Shown: positions 28,219 to 38,167, counted from the first letter of the stretch. The stretch is 58,185 nucleotides of DNA from a bacterium (GCA_043823125.1 JBDRBC010000479.1:1-58185); one strand, 5' to 3'. Numbers and translations: made by a program. The notes: generated by a model not told the origin, from the sequence alone.

Positions 28219-29118
28219 ATGTCTCGTAAATTTACGTTTTGCTTGATTCTGCCATTGGTCCTGCTTTGTGCAACTTCTCTCGTGGCTCAAACGACCACCA
28301 CGGAGAGGACCTTCCGCCTGAAACCGAGCGTGTCGGATACTTCCATGGCCGCACAAGACGAGGAAATTGTGGCCGAGGTGTTCAAGCCAGCCATCGAAGC
28401 CGGCCAGCTCGAGACGTCAATGACCCTGGGTTTCATCGATCTGACGGGTACCTTGATGTCCGCCGAGCAGATCCTCTACAAGGTGACCGATGAAGCTGTC
28501 TGGTGGGGCGACGTGGAGATGCGGGGGGAATCCGCTTTTAATCCCATCCTGCGGCTCAACTACAACCTGACTTCCTGGTTCGCCCTGGAAGGGGTGTTCA
28601 ACGTTTCGGTCTCCGAATACATGGCCGAGATCACCAATCGCTTCCGCCGTGCCCAGGAAGACGAGGCTCCCATCGAACCCGATCCTCCCCTGGGTGAATT
28701 CGATCCCGAACACAGATCCGTGATCACCCTCGGCTTGGGCGCCCACGGTGTGCTGTATCCGTTCAATTTCGACGATGGCGAAGGTCGTTTCCACCCGTTC
28801 CTGATGGCCGGCATGGACCGCATGTGGTTCAATCTCAATACCGACTACACGGATGAATCCTCCATCGACTGGAACTACCAGGCGGGAGCCAGCATCCGCT
28901 TCATCGCGGACGACCTGATCAGTGTTCGTTTCCAGGTGGCGTACCAGACCACCAAGGTACAGTTCACACCATCCGAAACCTGGGTGGAGTTCAACGAAGG
29001 CACCATCCAGGTCCCGGTGTACGAAGTCGTGGATGGTGTTTTGAGCCTGAAAGAGGAATTCGAATCGCAGACCATCAGCAGCCTGAGCTGGGGGATCGGA
29101 TTCCAGGCCAATTTCTAG
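28219..29118 (+). CDS. outer-membrane beta-barrel protein (porin-family-like)
   Basis: ATG at 28219, after AGGAG, gives the signal peptide MSRKFTFCLILPLVLLCATSLVAQ. Amphipathic strands follow, with a C-terminal ...SWGIGFQANF (terminal Phe). Confidence 0.7.
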   Translation: MSRKFTFCLILPLVLLCATSLVAQTTTTERTFRLKPSVSDTSMAAQDEEIVAEVFKPAIEAGQLETSMTLGFIDLTGTLMSAEQILYKVTDEAVWWGDVEMRGESAFNPILRLNYNLTSWFALEGVFNVSVSEYMAEITNRFRRAQEDEAPIEPDPPLGEFDPEHRSVITLGLGAHGVLYPFNFDDGEGRFHPFLMAGMDRMWFNLNTDYTDESSIDWNYQAGASIRFIADDLISVRFQVAYQTTKVQFTPSETWVEFNEGTIQVPVYEVVDGVLSLKEEFESQTISSLSWGIGFQANF

Positions 29119-29190
29119 ACATCGGTTGCTGCACTGCCTGGCTGATCCTGCTCCCAGTGGTGAACAGCCGAAGCGAATGATCAACTCCAG

Positions 29191-29219
29191 AGCGCCCGCT
29201 GTCCCTCACAGCGGGCGCT
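29191..29219. terminator. hairpin between convergent genes (possible bidirectional terminator)
   Basis: 12-bp perfect stem AGCGCCCGCTGT / ACAGCGGGCGCT with a 5-nt loop, between the stops at 29118 (+) and 29231 (-). No clear U-tract. Confidence 0.5.
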
Positions 29220-29230
29220 GTCATGTGTGA

Positions 29231-30829
29231 TCATTCATTCTCACTTGCGGACAGATCTTGGGCGGGCGGCGCCGCCAGCCCCGGCACCGCTTCCTGCCGG
29301 AATGCCAACGCCTCCACCAGATGGTCTCTGGTGATTGTCCGCGCCCCCGCCAGGGCGGTGATGGTCCTGGCCACCCGCACACACCGCAGGACCCCACGGA
29401 TTGAAAGTGCCAACCGGCGTCGAGCCTCCTCGAGATAAGCAATGGCCACCGGCTCCAGACCCAATTCCTTCACCAACCGATTGGGATCGGAACTGGCGGG
29501 GCGGATTCGCTGCCGTTCTTCGTCGATGATCTGCCAGACAGTTTTCACCTGTTGCCGCAAGACTCGCCACGTGTCCAGCCCGGGCCGGGCGGATCCACCA
29601 CCAGTGGTCAAGACAACAGCGGGTGACTCGGCCATTTCCACGAACATATCGATCCGATCCAGAAACGGACCGGAAAACCGGCCCCGATAATTCGAAACGG
29701 AGGCGGGTGAACAACGACAGGTGCGCAGACGACTCCCCAGATAGCCACAGCGGCAGGGATTGCTGGCGGCCAGCAGTTGAAACGATGCCGGGTAGACGCG
29801 GCAGAGTGAACCACGCACCAGGGTTATCTGCCCCTCTTCCAGCGGTTCGCGAATGACCTCGAGAACCGCCGGCGAGAATTCACCGAGTTCATCCAGGAAC
29901 AGCATCCCGCAGTGAGCCAGAGTGGCTTCTCCGGGCCGCACCCGATTGCCACCGCCGATCAAACCGGTCCTGGTCACCGTGTGGTGTGGCGCCCGGAACG
30001 GTCGCCTCCGAACCAGACCTTCCCCACGTAACGTCCCCGCGGCGCTGTGGATCCGACTCACCTCGAGGGCTTCGCTCCGAGATAACGGCGGCTGCAGACT
30101 CTCGATAGCTCGCGCGAGCCGTGTCTTACCCGTTCCTGGCGGCCCCAAGAGCAACAGGTTGTGACGCCCGGCAGCAGCGATCAGTGCGGCACGACGCGCC
30201 TGCTCCTGGCCGATCAGGCCCAGGAACGCCTCCCCATCCTGTGCCGCCGTTAAAACCCGTTCGTTATTCCCTCGCGGTGCAGGGCTTGCCCCCGGACCTC
30301 TGGGTTCGATCCCCTCACGCCACCAATTGACCGCGTCGGCCAGCGTCGAGGCGGCGATGACTTTCACTCGATCGACGAGGTTCGCTTCCCAGGCTTGGCA
30401 GGTGGGCACCACAACCTGTTCGATCCCTTGTGCCACCGCATCCAGCACGATGGCCAGCAATCCTCTGACCGGCCGCAACTCGCCGAACAGAGACAGTTCG
30501 CCCAGAAATAGCGCGCGGCCATGAGACCGGGTTCTCGCCTTTCCTGGTTGGTCCTGGGCGGCGATGACCCCCATGGCGATGGCCAGATCGAAGGAAGCAC
30601 CTTCCTTGCGGACATCGGCGGGCGCCAGGTTGATCGTCACCCGCCCCAGCGGAAACGAGAATCCGCTGTTGCGCACAGCCGCCAGTACTCGCTCCCGACT
30701 CTCTCGCACCGCCGCGTTGGGCAAGCCAACGATGTGGAAGGCCGGCAAACCGCGACTGATATCGACTTCCACCGTGACCAGATAGCCATCGATGCCGTCC
30801 ACGGCGCCACTGCGAAATCTCGTGAGCAT
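29231..30829 (-). CDS. comM: YifB/ComM-family Mg-chelatase-like AAA+ ATPase
   Basis: ATG at 30829, after GGGGGAG, gives MLTRFRSGAVDGIDGYLVTVEVDISRGLPAFHIVGLP. Walker A LLLLGPPGTGKTRLA, then MLFLDELGEF and ASNPCRCGY. Confidence 0.9.
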   Translation of the reverse strand: MLTRFRSGAVDGIDGYLVTVEVDISRGLPAFHIVGLPNAAVRESRERVLAAVRNSGFSFPLGRVTINLAPADVRKEGASFDLAIAMGVIAAQDQPGKARTRSHGRALFLGELSLFGELRPVRGLLAIVLDAVAQGIEQVVVPTCQAWEANLVDRVKVIAASTLADAVNWWREGIEPRGPGASPAPRGNNERVLTAAQDGEAFLGLIGQEQARRAALIAAAGRHNLLLLGPPGTGKTRLARAIESLQPPLSRSEALEVSRIHSAAGTLRGEGLVRRRPFRAPHHTVTRTGLIGGGNRVRPGEATLAHCGMLFLDELGEFSPAVLEVIREPLEEGQITLVRGSLCRVYPASFQLLAASNPCRCGYLGSRLRTCRCSPASVSNYRGRFSGPFLDRIDMFVEMAESPAVVLTTGGGSARPGLDTWRVLRQQVKTVWQIIDEERQRIRPASSDPNRLVKELGLEPVAIAYLEEARRRLALSIRGVLRCVRVARTITALAGARTITRDHLVEALAFRQEAVPGLAAPPAQDLSASENE

Positions 30830-31061
30830 AAACGTCTCCCCCTCGAAAACATGGAGCCGACCCTGGAGCCCCTGCCTCAGCAAGGGACAATCCAGTCGGG
30901 GAATCCGTGCTCACCCCCCCCGTTGGCGCAATGGGCAACCCCAGACACAGGGTAAGCGACTGTATCCTGTCAACCGGAGAGGACAGGGGACCCGGGTCAG
31001 GAGGATAACCGGGAGACGGTGGTGTCTGGTTGATTCAGCAGGCTGATCAGATGGAGAATCA

Positions 31062-31096
31062 AGGCAAAATGAAAAGGGCTCCAGAAGGAGCCCCTT
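31062..31096 (-). terminator. rho-independent terminator downstream of the tandem paralog pair
   Basis: On the minus strand, AAGGGGCTCC-TTCT-GGAGCCCTT hairpin (31074-31096) followed by TTCATTTTGCC. Confidence 0.65.
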
Positions 31097-31142
31097 CCAC
31101 TATTACCGCAAAAGGAATGGTGTCCTAGCGGTCGAGTCCGAT

Positions 31143-31850
31143 CTAACGATACAAGGTCTTGACCTGACCCCACGTCGAATCCACGGTGTCGGTCGGATCG
31201 TTCGGCGGCGTCAGCTTCGCCTTAAAGTTCCGATCGTAACCGGGATGCACCGGGGTCGCCGGCGGATTGTCATCCGAGAGGTCCAGACCGTGCAGATACC
31301 AGTCCGTGAGCAGGTACTCGGCGGTGATCAACGCATCGTACTGCGTGCCACCGATGAAATCGAACGTACCCGAACCGGATCCGGTATAGGTCCCTGGCGG
31401 TGTCACCGACGAGTCCATGAGCATCATGGTCCAGCCGTCGTCCACCACGCCTTCCAGGATCAATTCGCCATCCACGAAGGTGGCGGGGTTGTCGTAGTCA
31501 GCGGCGGTCCCGCCAACGATGGGGTCGGCATAGATAAACAGACCACCACCCTCGAACCCCACGATCCTCCGCGCGAATGGCGGCGGTGGGAGGTCAGTCC
31601 GGCTGTTCACCGTCTGACCGTTGATATAGATCGTGTACTCGTAATTCACCGGATCGAGCAGGATCGGAGTGGGGATACCGCCGACGGTACCGAGAATACC
31701 GAAGACCTCCCTCACCGAACCCACATTATCGACCGATGGGGTGTAAACCGAGTACCCGTTGAACAGGAACTCACTCTCTGCCGATACTGGCAAGGCCATC
31801 AGTACAATGGCGAGCAAGGCAGCAGGAGCTAGGAACTTGTAAACCTTCAT
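31143..31850 (-). CDS. secreted protein of unknown function, paralog A, C-terminal STWGQVKTLYR
   Basis: ATG at 31850, after GGAGAGGAGG. Signal peptide MKVYKFLAPAALLAIVLMALPVSA. Shares NYEYTIYI, ATFVDGELILEG, HPGYD and the final STWGQVKTLYR with the upstream gene. Confidence 0.7.
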   Translation of the reverse strand: MKVYKFLAPAALLAIVLMALPVSAESEFLFNGYSVYTPSVDNVGSVREVFGILGTVGGIPTPILLDPVNYEYTIYINGQTVNSRTDLPPPPFARRIVGFEGGGLFIYADPIVGGTAADYDNPATFVDGELILEGVVDDGWTMMLMDSSVTPPGTYTGSGSGTFDFIGGTQYDALITAEYLLTDWYLHGLDLSDDNPPATPVHPGYDRNFKAKLTPPNDPTDTVDSTWGQVKTLYR

Positions 31851-31882
31851 AACGCAATTCCTCCTCTCCATCTCGCCCCGCC

Positions 31883-32581
31883 TTACCGGTAGAGATTCTT
31901 GACCTGACCCCAGGTGCTGTGTTCCCTCGGAATCGTCGAATCAAACATGACGTGGCCATCCATCTCGAGATCATAACCATCTGGCACGGGAGCGGCGAGT
32001 GGATCCACCGTACCCGAGAAGATGTTGCCGATCGGATTGAACAATTCGCCAATGTCCGGATGAATCGTCCAGTTGATGACACCCTCGTAGTTACCTACAT
32101 GCAGAGTCGGGTAGTACACCATGTAAAAGCTGGTGAACGCCCCGTGCAGGTAGATATCCCCATCCGTGAATGTCGACGGTGCGGTGGCATTAGGGGGTTC
32201 TACGCCATACTCAGGTACAGTGTACCCCGCGTCGTTATAACGCTGGGCAATGATATCGACCGTTCCTCCACTGTATGTGATGTAGAACGTGCCCCAGCCG
32301 ATGTCGACCTCGCCGTCGGAGACGAGATCGGAAATGTAAATAGTGTACTGGTAATCATCCGGGCTCCATACCAAGGGTTGGCTTATACTCTCGATAAAGC
32401 CAACTGCGGCCATCACGTCTCCCGGGTTGCTCGGCGGAAATCCGACTTCTCCCGGAGTGTTGTCGTCCTCGTACATGAAGCCGGTGAAGTCCAGAATCGT
32501 TTCGGTATCCTGCGCCCACACCGTGCCGGCCACCATCGCCGAACAGAGAGTCAGAACGCTCAGGATAATGATTCTTTTCAT
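31883..32581 (-). CDS. secreted protein of unknown function, paralog B, C-terminal STWGQVKNLYR
   Basis: ATG at 32581, after GGGAGGG. Signal peptide MKRIIILSVLTLCSAMVAGTVWA. Contains DYQYTIYI, STFTDGDIYLHG and PDGYD, ending STWGQVKNLYR. Confidence 0.7.
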   Translation of the reverse strand: MKRIIILSVLTLCSAMVAGTVWAQDTETILDFTGFMYEDDNTPGEVGFPPSNPGDVMAAVGFIESISQPLVWSPDDYQYTIYISDLVSDGEVDIGWGTFYITYSGGTVDIIAQRYNDAGYTVPEYGVEPPNATAPSTFTDGDIYLHGAFTSFYMVYYPTLHVGNYEGVINWTIHPDIGELFNPIGNIFSGTVDPLAAPVPDGYDLEMDGHVMFDSTIPREHSTWGQVKNLYR

Positions 32582-32877
32582 CACACCCTCCCACGTTATC
32601 CAAGAAAGCTGACTTGTCTCACCAGAAAAACTATAATGCATTGTCCCAATATCGAGTTGTATCACCCCCCCGTCAAATCAGTAAACCGTGCCGTTTCGAT
32701 ACTTTCGACAACTCTTTTGTTGTCACAGACTTAACCCCATCACAAACCAATAAGTGTGCGTAGTATACCATAAAACAATGCAGCCTGCAACGGAAGAATT
32801 TGCACATGATTCGCCCACCGCGTATCAAAAAAACTGGGTCGGGTATTATGCCTGGTCAAAAAAGCAACAATCAAACC

Positions 32878-32910
32878 GAGGCGGAAGTCCCGGTTCCGGA
32901 CTCCCGCCTC
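32878..32910 (-). terminator. possible terminator hairpin after the small histone-like gene
   Basis: GAGGCGG...CCGCCTC extended imperfect hairpin (32878-32910). On the minus strand it is followed by the U-rich CGGTTTGATTGTTGCTTTTTT. Confidence 0.4.
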
Positions 32911-32982
32911 GTGAAGCGAATCCCCCATCATCAGCATGGAATACGATGTCGGGGGCAGCTGGCGACCTGTCCGTCGGATCGC

Positions 32983-33153
32983 TTACAGATCCTGGGGACG
33001 TACGGTCTTGCGGCCATTGGCCGTGGCGCGCTTCTCGGCCTGAGCGATCAGCTCACGCACTTTCTTGTCCAGAGCGCCGTAGAACTCGCCGGAGACGTTG
33101 CACTTCTTGATGGTTTCCTTGGTCTTGCTCTTGCTGATGATCAAGTCGGCCAT
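32983..33153 (-). CDS. 56-aa histone-fold-like small DNA-binding protein (bacterial singlet histone / DUF1931-like)
   Basis: Absent from the ORF track (<60 aa). ATG at 33153 lies 6 nt after GAGGAGG; TAA stop at 32985-32983. My translation is MADLIISKSKTKETIKKCNVSGEFYGALDKKVRELIAQAEKRATANGRKTVRPQDL. Confidence 0.7.
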   Translation of the reverse strand: MADLIISKSKTKETIKKCNVSGEFYGALDKKVRELIAQAEKRATANGRKTVRPQDL

Positions 33154-33413
33154 GGGATCCTCCTCGACAGTCAGTAGGTGAATCGTTCACGAACCGCAGG
33201 GGCTGAATCGTCCCGAAGGTCTCCCCTGCTGTCAACCGAATAGAACTCAAAAAGACGATTCCTCGCTCAGGACGCCTGCCAGAGGCTTCCTGGAGGCTGC
33301 GACACAATCGCCTCGACAGGCGGAGCTGTCAAGAGTAGTTTTTCAGGAAACCGACGTTTCAGCGGGGAAAACCCCTGCCTCGGTCCGTGGAATCCAGCGC
33401 GAAGGAGAGTCGC

Positions 33414-34787
33414 ATGAGCAGCGAAAAAGTGCTCGCCTATCTCGACGCCCATCAGCAGCAGCATGTCGATCAGCTCTGCGAGTTTCTCCGCATCCCCAGC
33501 ATCAGCGCCGACAGTGAATACAATGAAGACACCAAACGCGCCGCCGCTTTTCTGGTGAACGAACTGCAGGAACTCGGTCTGGATGTCCAGGTGATCGATC
33601 GGGGCGGGAACCCGCTCGTGTATGCCGAATCGGAAATCAGAGCGGACCGCAAGACATTGCTTTTCTACGGGCATTACGATGTGCAACCGGTCGATCCGCT
33701 CGACCTGTGGGAAACACCCCCCTTCGAACCTCGCGTCGCCGACGGCGTTGTCTATGCCCGTGGCGCCTCCGACGACAAGGGTCAGGTCTACGCCCACATC
33801 AAAGCCCTCGAGGCGTACATCAAAGCGGGGGTCGAGCTCCCGGTGAACGTGAAGTTCATCATCGAAGGTGAAGAGGAGTGTGGTGGCAAGAGCATCTACA
33901 AGTACACCGAGGAGAATCCGGATCAACTCGCCTGCGATGCCATCATCGTCAGCGACACCACGCTGTACAACGAGACCACGCCGGGCATCTGTTACAGTCT
34001 GAAGGGGCTGGCCTACATGGAGATCCGACTCTCCGGCCCGGGTGCCGACCTGCACTCGGGCAGCTTCGGCGGTACGGTGCAGAATCCGGGTAACGCCATC
34101 TGCGAGATCGTGACCGGGCTCAAGGACCAGGACGGCCGCTGTCTGGTGCCCGGCTTCTACGACGACGTGATCGAACTGGATGCCGAGGAGCGTGCGGCCT
34201 TCGCCTCGCTGAACTACACGGATGAGGTGCTGCGCGAGGAAACCGGCGCGCTGGCGCCCTTCGGCGAGAAGGGGTACACCACCCTGGAACGGATGTGGGG
34301 CCGGCCGACCTGCGATGTCAACGGCGTGGCGAGCGGGTACGGCGGCCAGGGCGCCAAGACCATCATCCCCGCCCAGGCCGTGGCCAAGGTCAGCATGCGC
34401 CTCGTTCCCGATCAGGATCCGGAAAAGATCTCGGCCGCCTTCACGGAGTATGTAAAGCAGATCTGCCCCCCCGGCGTTCGTCTCGAGGTGGAGAATCTGC
34501 ACAACGCCAATGCCGTGCTGGTACCGCGCAACTCGGCCATGATGCAGGCGGGTAAACGAGCGCTCGAGCAGGGTTTCGGCGCCAAACCGGTGTTCATCCG
34601 CGAGGGTGGCTCCATTCCCGTCGTGGGTACTTTCCAGGAATGCTTGAAATCCCCGGTGCTGATGCTCGGCTACGGACTCTCCACCGACAACATCCATTCG
34701 CCCAACGAAAAGTTCCACCTGGACAACTTCTGGCGCGGGGCTCGGACCACTGCGCTCCTGATGCAGGAGGCGGCGTTGCTGGACTGA
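33414..34787 (+). CDS. M20-family dipeptidase / metallopeptidase
   Basis: ATG at 33414, after AAGGAG. Contains LLFYGHYDVQP, ARGASDDKGQ and IIEGEEECGG, with a C-terminal HSPNEKF. Confidence 0.85.
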   Translation: MSSEKVLAYLDAHQQQHVDQLCEFLRIPSISADSEYNEDTKRAAAFLVNELQELGLDVQVIDRGGNPLVYAESEIRADRKTLLFYGHYDVQPVDPLDLWETPPFEPRVADGVVYARGASDDKGQVYAHIKALEAYIKAGVELPVNVKFIIEGEEECGGKSIYKYTEENPDQLACDAIIVSDTTLYNETTPGICYSLKGLAYMEIRLSGPGADLHSGSFGGTVQNPGNAICEIVTGLKDQDGRCLVPGFYDDVIELDAEERAAFASLNYTDEVLREETGALAPFGEKGYTTLERMWGRPTCDVNGVASGYGGQGAKTIIPAQAVAKVSMRLVPDQDPEKISAAFTEYVKQICPPGVRLEVENLHNANAVLVPRNSAMMQAGKRALEQGFGAKPVFIREGGSIPVVGTFQECLKSPVLMLGYGLSTDNIHSPNEKFHLDNFWRGARTTALLMQEAALLD

Positions 34788-34903
34788 ACGGTGATGTCGC
34801 GGACCGTCCGGGCAGGTGCTACTCCACCCCCGGCCTCACCTTCGCCATCGCACCTGAAAGTTGACAGGAGACGGATCAGAGGATAGTTTGTGGCGGCTCA
34901 GGC

Positions 34904-34978
34904 GTCCCCATCGTCTAGTGGTTAGGACACCGCCCTTTCACGGCGGCAGCACGGGTTCGATCCCCGTTGGGGACGCCA
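34904..34978 (+). tRNA. tRNA-Glu (anticodon UUC), CCA encoded
   Basis: GTCCCCATCGTCTAGTGGTTAGGACACCGCCCTTTCACGGCGGCAGCACGGGTTCGATCCCCGTTGGGGACGCCA. Confidence 0.9.
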
Positions 34979-34997
34979 AACTGAACAAAGCGCAGCT

Positions 34998-35028
34998 ACG
35001 GGCCGATTTATTCAGGCCCGTTTTTTTG
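34998..35028 (+). terminator. rho-independent terminator after tRNA-Glu
   Basis: ACGGGCC-(10-nt loop)-GGCCCGT stem followed by T7 (35021-35027). Confidence 0.7.
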
Positions 35029-35048
35029 TGCCCTGCGCCGATCATCAA

Positions 35049-36506
35049 TCACCGCCGCCAGAACGACGGATAGAAGATCACCAGCGCCGAGAACATCTCC
35101 AGCCGGCCCACCAGCATGTTCCAGGCCAGGAACCACTTCCCGATATCCGAGATGTGCGCATAGTTCTCGGACGGGCCGACACTCCCGAAACCCGGACCGA
35201 TGTTCATCAACGTCGCGATGACGGAGCTCATGGCGGACAGGTAATCCATGTCGTCCACGAGCACCATGAAGCAGCCGCCGCCCAGCACCAGGAAGATGTT
35301 GACGATGAAGTAGCAGACGGCGAGATCGATGATGGACTGGTCCACGGGACGGCCGTTGACCCGCACCGACGCCACGGAGAGCGGTTGCAGGAAGATCCGC
35401 TTGATGGCGGCCACCATGAACTTCCAGATGACGACGTAGTGGATGACCTTGATACCGCTGGTGGTGGAACCGGCGCAGGCGCCGATGAAGCAGACCGCGA
35501 ACAGGAACATCTGCGCGGCCTGCGGCCACAACTCGTAGTCCCGGGTGGTGAAGCCGGTGGTGGTGAGCAGGGACATCACCTGGAAGGTGCCGTGCCGCAG
35601 GGCGTTCAGGAAACTGTAGGTCTCCGCCCGCCAGAGGATCAGGGCCACAGCGCCGCAGAACACCAGCACGAAGCCGACATACCAGCGAAACTCGGTGTTG
35701 ATCCGCAGCACCCGCCACTCGCCGCGGGCCGCGTGGTAGAACAGCATGAAGGTCACGCCGCCGAGGAACATGAACAGGATGATGATCCAGTCGAAGTAGG
35801 CGCTGTCGTAGTGACCGATACTGGCGTTGTACGGGGAGTAGCCCGAGGTGGAGACCGTACCGAAGGCGTGGCAGAGGGAATCGAACAGAGACATGCCGCC
35901 TGCACACATGAGCCCCACCTGCAAGAGATTCAGAAGCAGGTAGATGAGCCAGAGCACCACGATGGCGTCCCGGTTGCGAGCCAGGAACCGCTCCCGGGTG
36001 ATCACCTGACCGGGGCTCGACTCCGCCCGGAAGATCCGGGCGCCGCCCATGCCGTGGGGCAAGAAGATGATGGTCAAGGTCAGAAAGCCCATGCCGCCGA
36101 GCAGATGGGTCTCACTGCGCCAGAAGAGCAGACCGTGGGGCACCACCTCGATGTCGGTGAGGATGGTGGCGCCCGAGGTGGTGTAGCCGGACATCATCTC
36201 GAAGAAGGCGTCCGTGAACGACGGGATCGAGCCGTGGATCATGAACGGCAGGGCGGACACGGCGGAGACGACCCCCCAGCCGAACGCGGCAATGACGAAG
36301 GCGTCCTTGATGTTCAGCTCGTGATCGTGGCGAAAGAGCCCCCAGAGGGGCAGACCGACCGCACCGGCAATGGCGGCCGAGAGCACCAGGGCCATGAGAT
36401 CGCCCTCGTGGCCGTAACAGAGCGAGCAGATCACCGACAGCATCAAGGCGCCCGCCGTGACCAGCAGCAACGTCCCCATGACGAAGGCGATGGAGCGAAC
36501 GTTCAT
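35049..36506 (-). CDS. trkH: TrkH-family potassium uptake transporter
   Basis: ATG at 36506 gives MNVRSIAFVMGTLLLV. Polytopic membrane protein with repeated selectivity-filter-like segments (MSGYTTSGATI, STSGYSP, LTTTGFTT, GSTTSGIK). Confidence 0.9.
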   Translation of the reverse strand: MNVRSIAFVMGTLLLVTAGALMLSVICSLCYGHEGDLMALVLSAAIAGAVGLPLWGLFRHDHELNIKDAFVIAAFGWGVVSAVSALPFMIHGSIPSFTDAFFEMMSGYTTSGATILTDIEVVPHGLLFWRSETHLLGGMGFLTLTIIFLPHGMGGARIFRAESSPGQVITRERFLARNRDAIVVLWLIYLLLNLLQVGLMCAGGMSLFDSLCHAFGTVSTSGYSPYNASIGHYDSAYFDWIIILFMFLGGVTFMLFYHAARGEWRVLRINTEFRWYVGFVLVFCGAVALILWRAETYSFLNALRHGTFQVMSLLTTTGFTTRDYELWPQAAQMFLFAVCFIGACAGSTTSGIKVIHYVVIWKFMVAAIKRIFLQPLSVASVRVNGRPVDQSIIDLAVCYFIVNIFLVLGGGCFMVLVDDMDYLSAMSSVIATLMNIGPGFGSVGPSENYAHISDIGKWFLAWNMLVGRLEMFSALVIFYPSFWRR

Positions 36507-36558
36507 CGTTTCCCCGGTGCAATCGCTCGGGTGAGGCGGCGGCTGTTCCCGCAACGAT

Positions 36559-37950
36559 TCATGACAGCAGCAACGCCTGGAGATCCCGGAGGTGACGGGA
36601 CGTGCAAATGCCGATGACCTTGTCGCCAGCCTGGACGTGAGTATCCCCCACGGCGATCTCCCACTTGCCGTTCCGGTGGACCGCGCCGATGATGATCTTC
36701 TCCTTCATCCCGCCCACTTCGAACAGTGGCTTGCGAGTGATGGGCGCTCCCGGATCGGCCACGAGTTCCACCACCTCGGTGTCGCACCCGTGCAGCTGCG
36801 CCACCGAGAGCAGCTTGCCCCGGCGGATATACTTGAGGATCTCGTTGCCGGCGAGGACCTTCTTGTCCAGCACGACGTCCGAACCCATGGTGGCGGCGAG
36901 CACGAGGTACTCTTCCCGCTTCACCAGAGCGATGGTCTTGCATTCCCGCCCCTGCGCGGCCCCCGACCGGTCCTGGATGAGGTGCTTGGCGAGCACGCTC
37001 GTCATGATGTTCGTCTCGTTGTCGCCGGTGGCGGTTATGAAGACGTCCGCGTCCTGCAACCCCGCTTTGGCCAGGGTGTCGACGCGCGAACCGTCGCCGT
37101 TGAGGATCTCCGTCTTGTCCAGCTGGTAGGAGAGTTCCTCGGCGCGGCGGCTATCCCGTTCGATCAAGGTGACGGGAAACGAGTCCTCGAGCAGTTCGGC
37201 CACCCGCCACCCCACCAGTCCCCCGCCGATGATCATGATATTGCGCCGACGTTTCTGGGGAACCCCGGCCAGTTCCATCAACCGCGGCAGGTCCGCGGTG
37301 TAAGCCAGCACGTAGATGTGGTCCCCCGGCAGGATCTCGTCGTCGCCCCCCGGGATGATGGTGTTGATGCCGCGCGCGATGGAGACGATCCGGAAATAGA
37401 AGTCGCTGTACTGCTGTGAGATATCCTTGAGCTTGGTGTGAGCAATGGCCGAATCCGCACCGATGCGGGTGGCCATGACCTGCATGCGGCCGTCGGCAAT
37501 GTCGATGACGACGTTGCCCGAGCGGATCTTGAGCAGACGTGTGATCTCCTTGGCGGCCAGTTCCTCGGGGCGTATGACCAGGTCGATCGTGAGGTCGCTG
37601 GCCGAGAGCCGGGCGTCTTGTTGCAGCAGATCCAACGTGCGGACTCGGGCGATCTTGCACGGAATACCACAGCGGTCCGCCTGTAGAGCCGACAGGATGT
37701 TCACCGCATCGTTGTCGGTGACCGCGATCATGTAATCCATGCCGTCGGCGCCAGCTTCGTCCCAGGTAGTGGAACTCATGGCATCACCCCAAACCAACCG
37801 GGCGTCGACCTCACCATCAAGACGCCGGATCAATTCGGGTTTTGATTCGATAGCCGTGATGGAATGGCCCTCGTGGGTGAGCCGTTTGGCGAGGTAATAC
37901 CCGACGCCGCCGAGACCGAGCAGCAGGATGTTCGCGTTCTTCTGGGACAT
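36559..37950 (-). CDS. trkA: Trk system NAD-binding component
   Basis: 463 aa with two Rossmann/RCK halves: ILLLGLGGVGYYLAKRL and IMIIGGGLVGWRVAELL. Confidence 0.9.
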   Translation of the reverse strand: MSQKNANILLLGLGGVGYYLAKRLTHEGHSITAIESKPELIRRLDGEVDARLVWGDAMSSTTWDEAGADGMDYMIAVTDNDAVNILSALQADRCGIPCKIARVRTLDLLQQDARLSASDLTIDLVIRPEELAAKEITRLLKIRSGNVVIDIADGRMQVMATRIGADSAIAHTKLKDISQQYSDFYFRIVSIARGINTIIPGGDDEILPGDHIYVLAYTADLPRLMELAGVPQKRRRNIMIIGGGLVGWRVAELLEDSFPVTLIERDSRRAEELSYQLDKTEILNGDGSRVDTLAKAGLQDADVFITATGDNETNIMTSVLAKHLIQDRSGAAQGRECKTIALVKREEYLVLAATMGSDVVLDKKVLAGNEILKYIRRGKLLSVAQLHGCDTEVVELVADPGAPITRKPLFEVGGMKEKIIIGAVHRNGKWEIAVGDTHVQAGDKVIGICTSRHLRDLQALLLS

Positions 37951-38167
37951 GGTCCACTCGCTCCGGGCAGAGAAGGTCTGGGGGAAACCTCGAAATCATT
38001 GGCCCCACCGAACTCGGTGGCTCCAGCGCCTGACAGAACCCGAATGGTGGTGAAACGCGGGCTCGCTCGAGTCTCGTATAGTGTGCCAGGATGCTCGCAC
38101 AGAGAATTGATCTAGTAAAGAACCACTTTGACTCGCGGGATCGACCGCGCGAGGAAGGAAAAACTCG

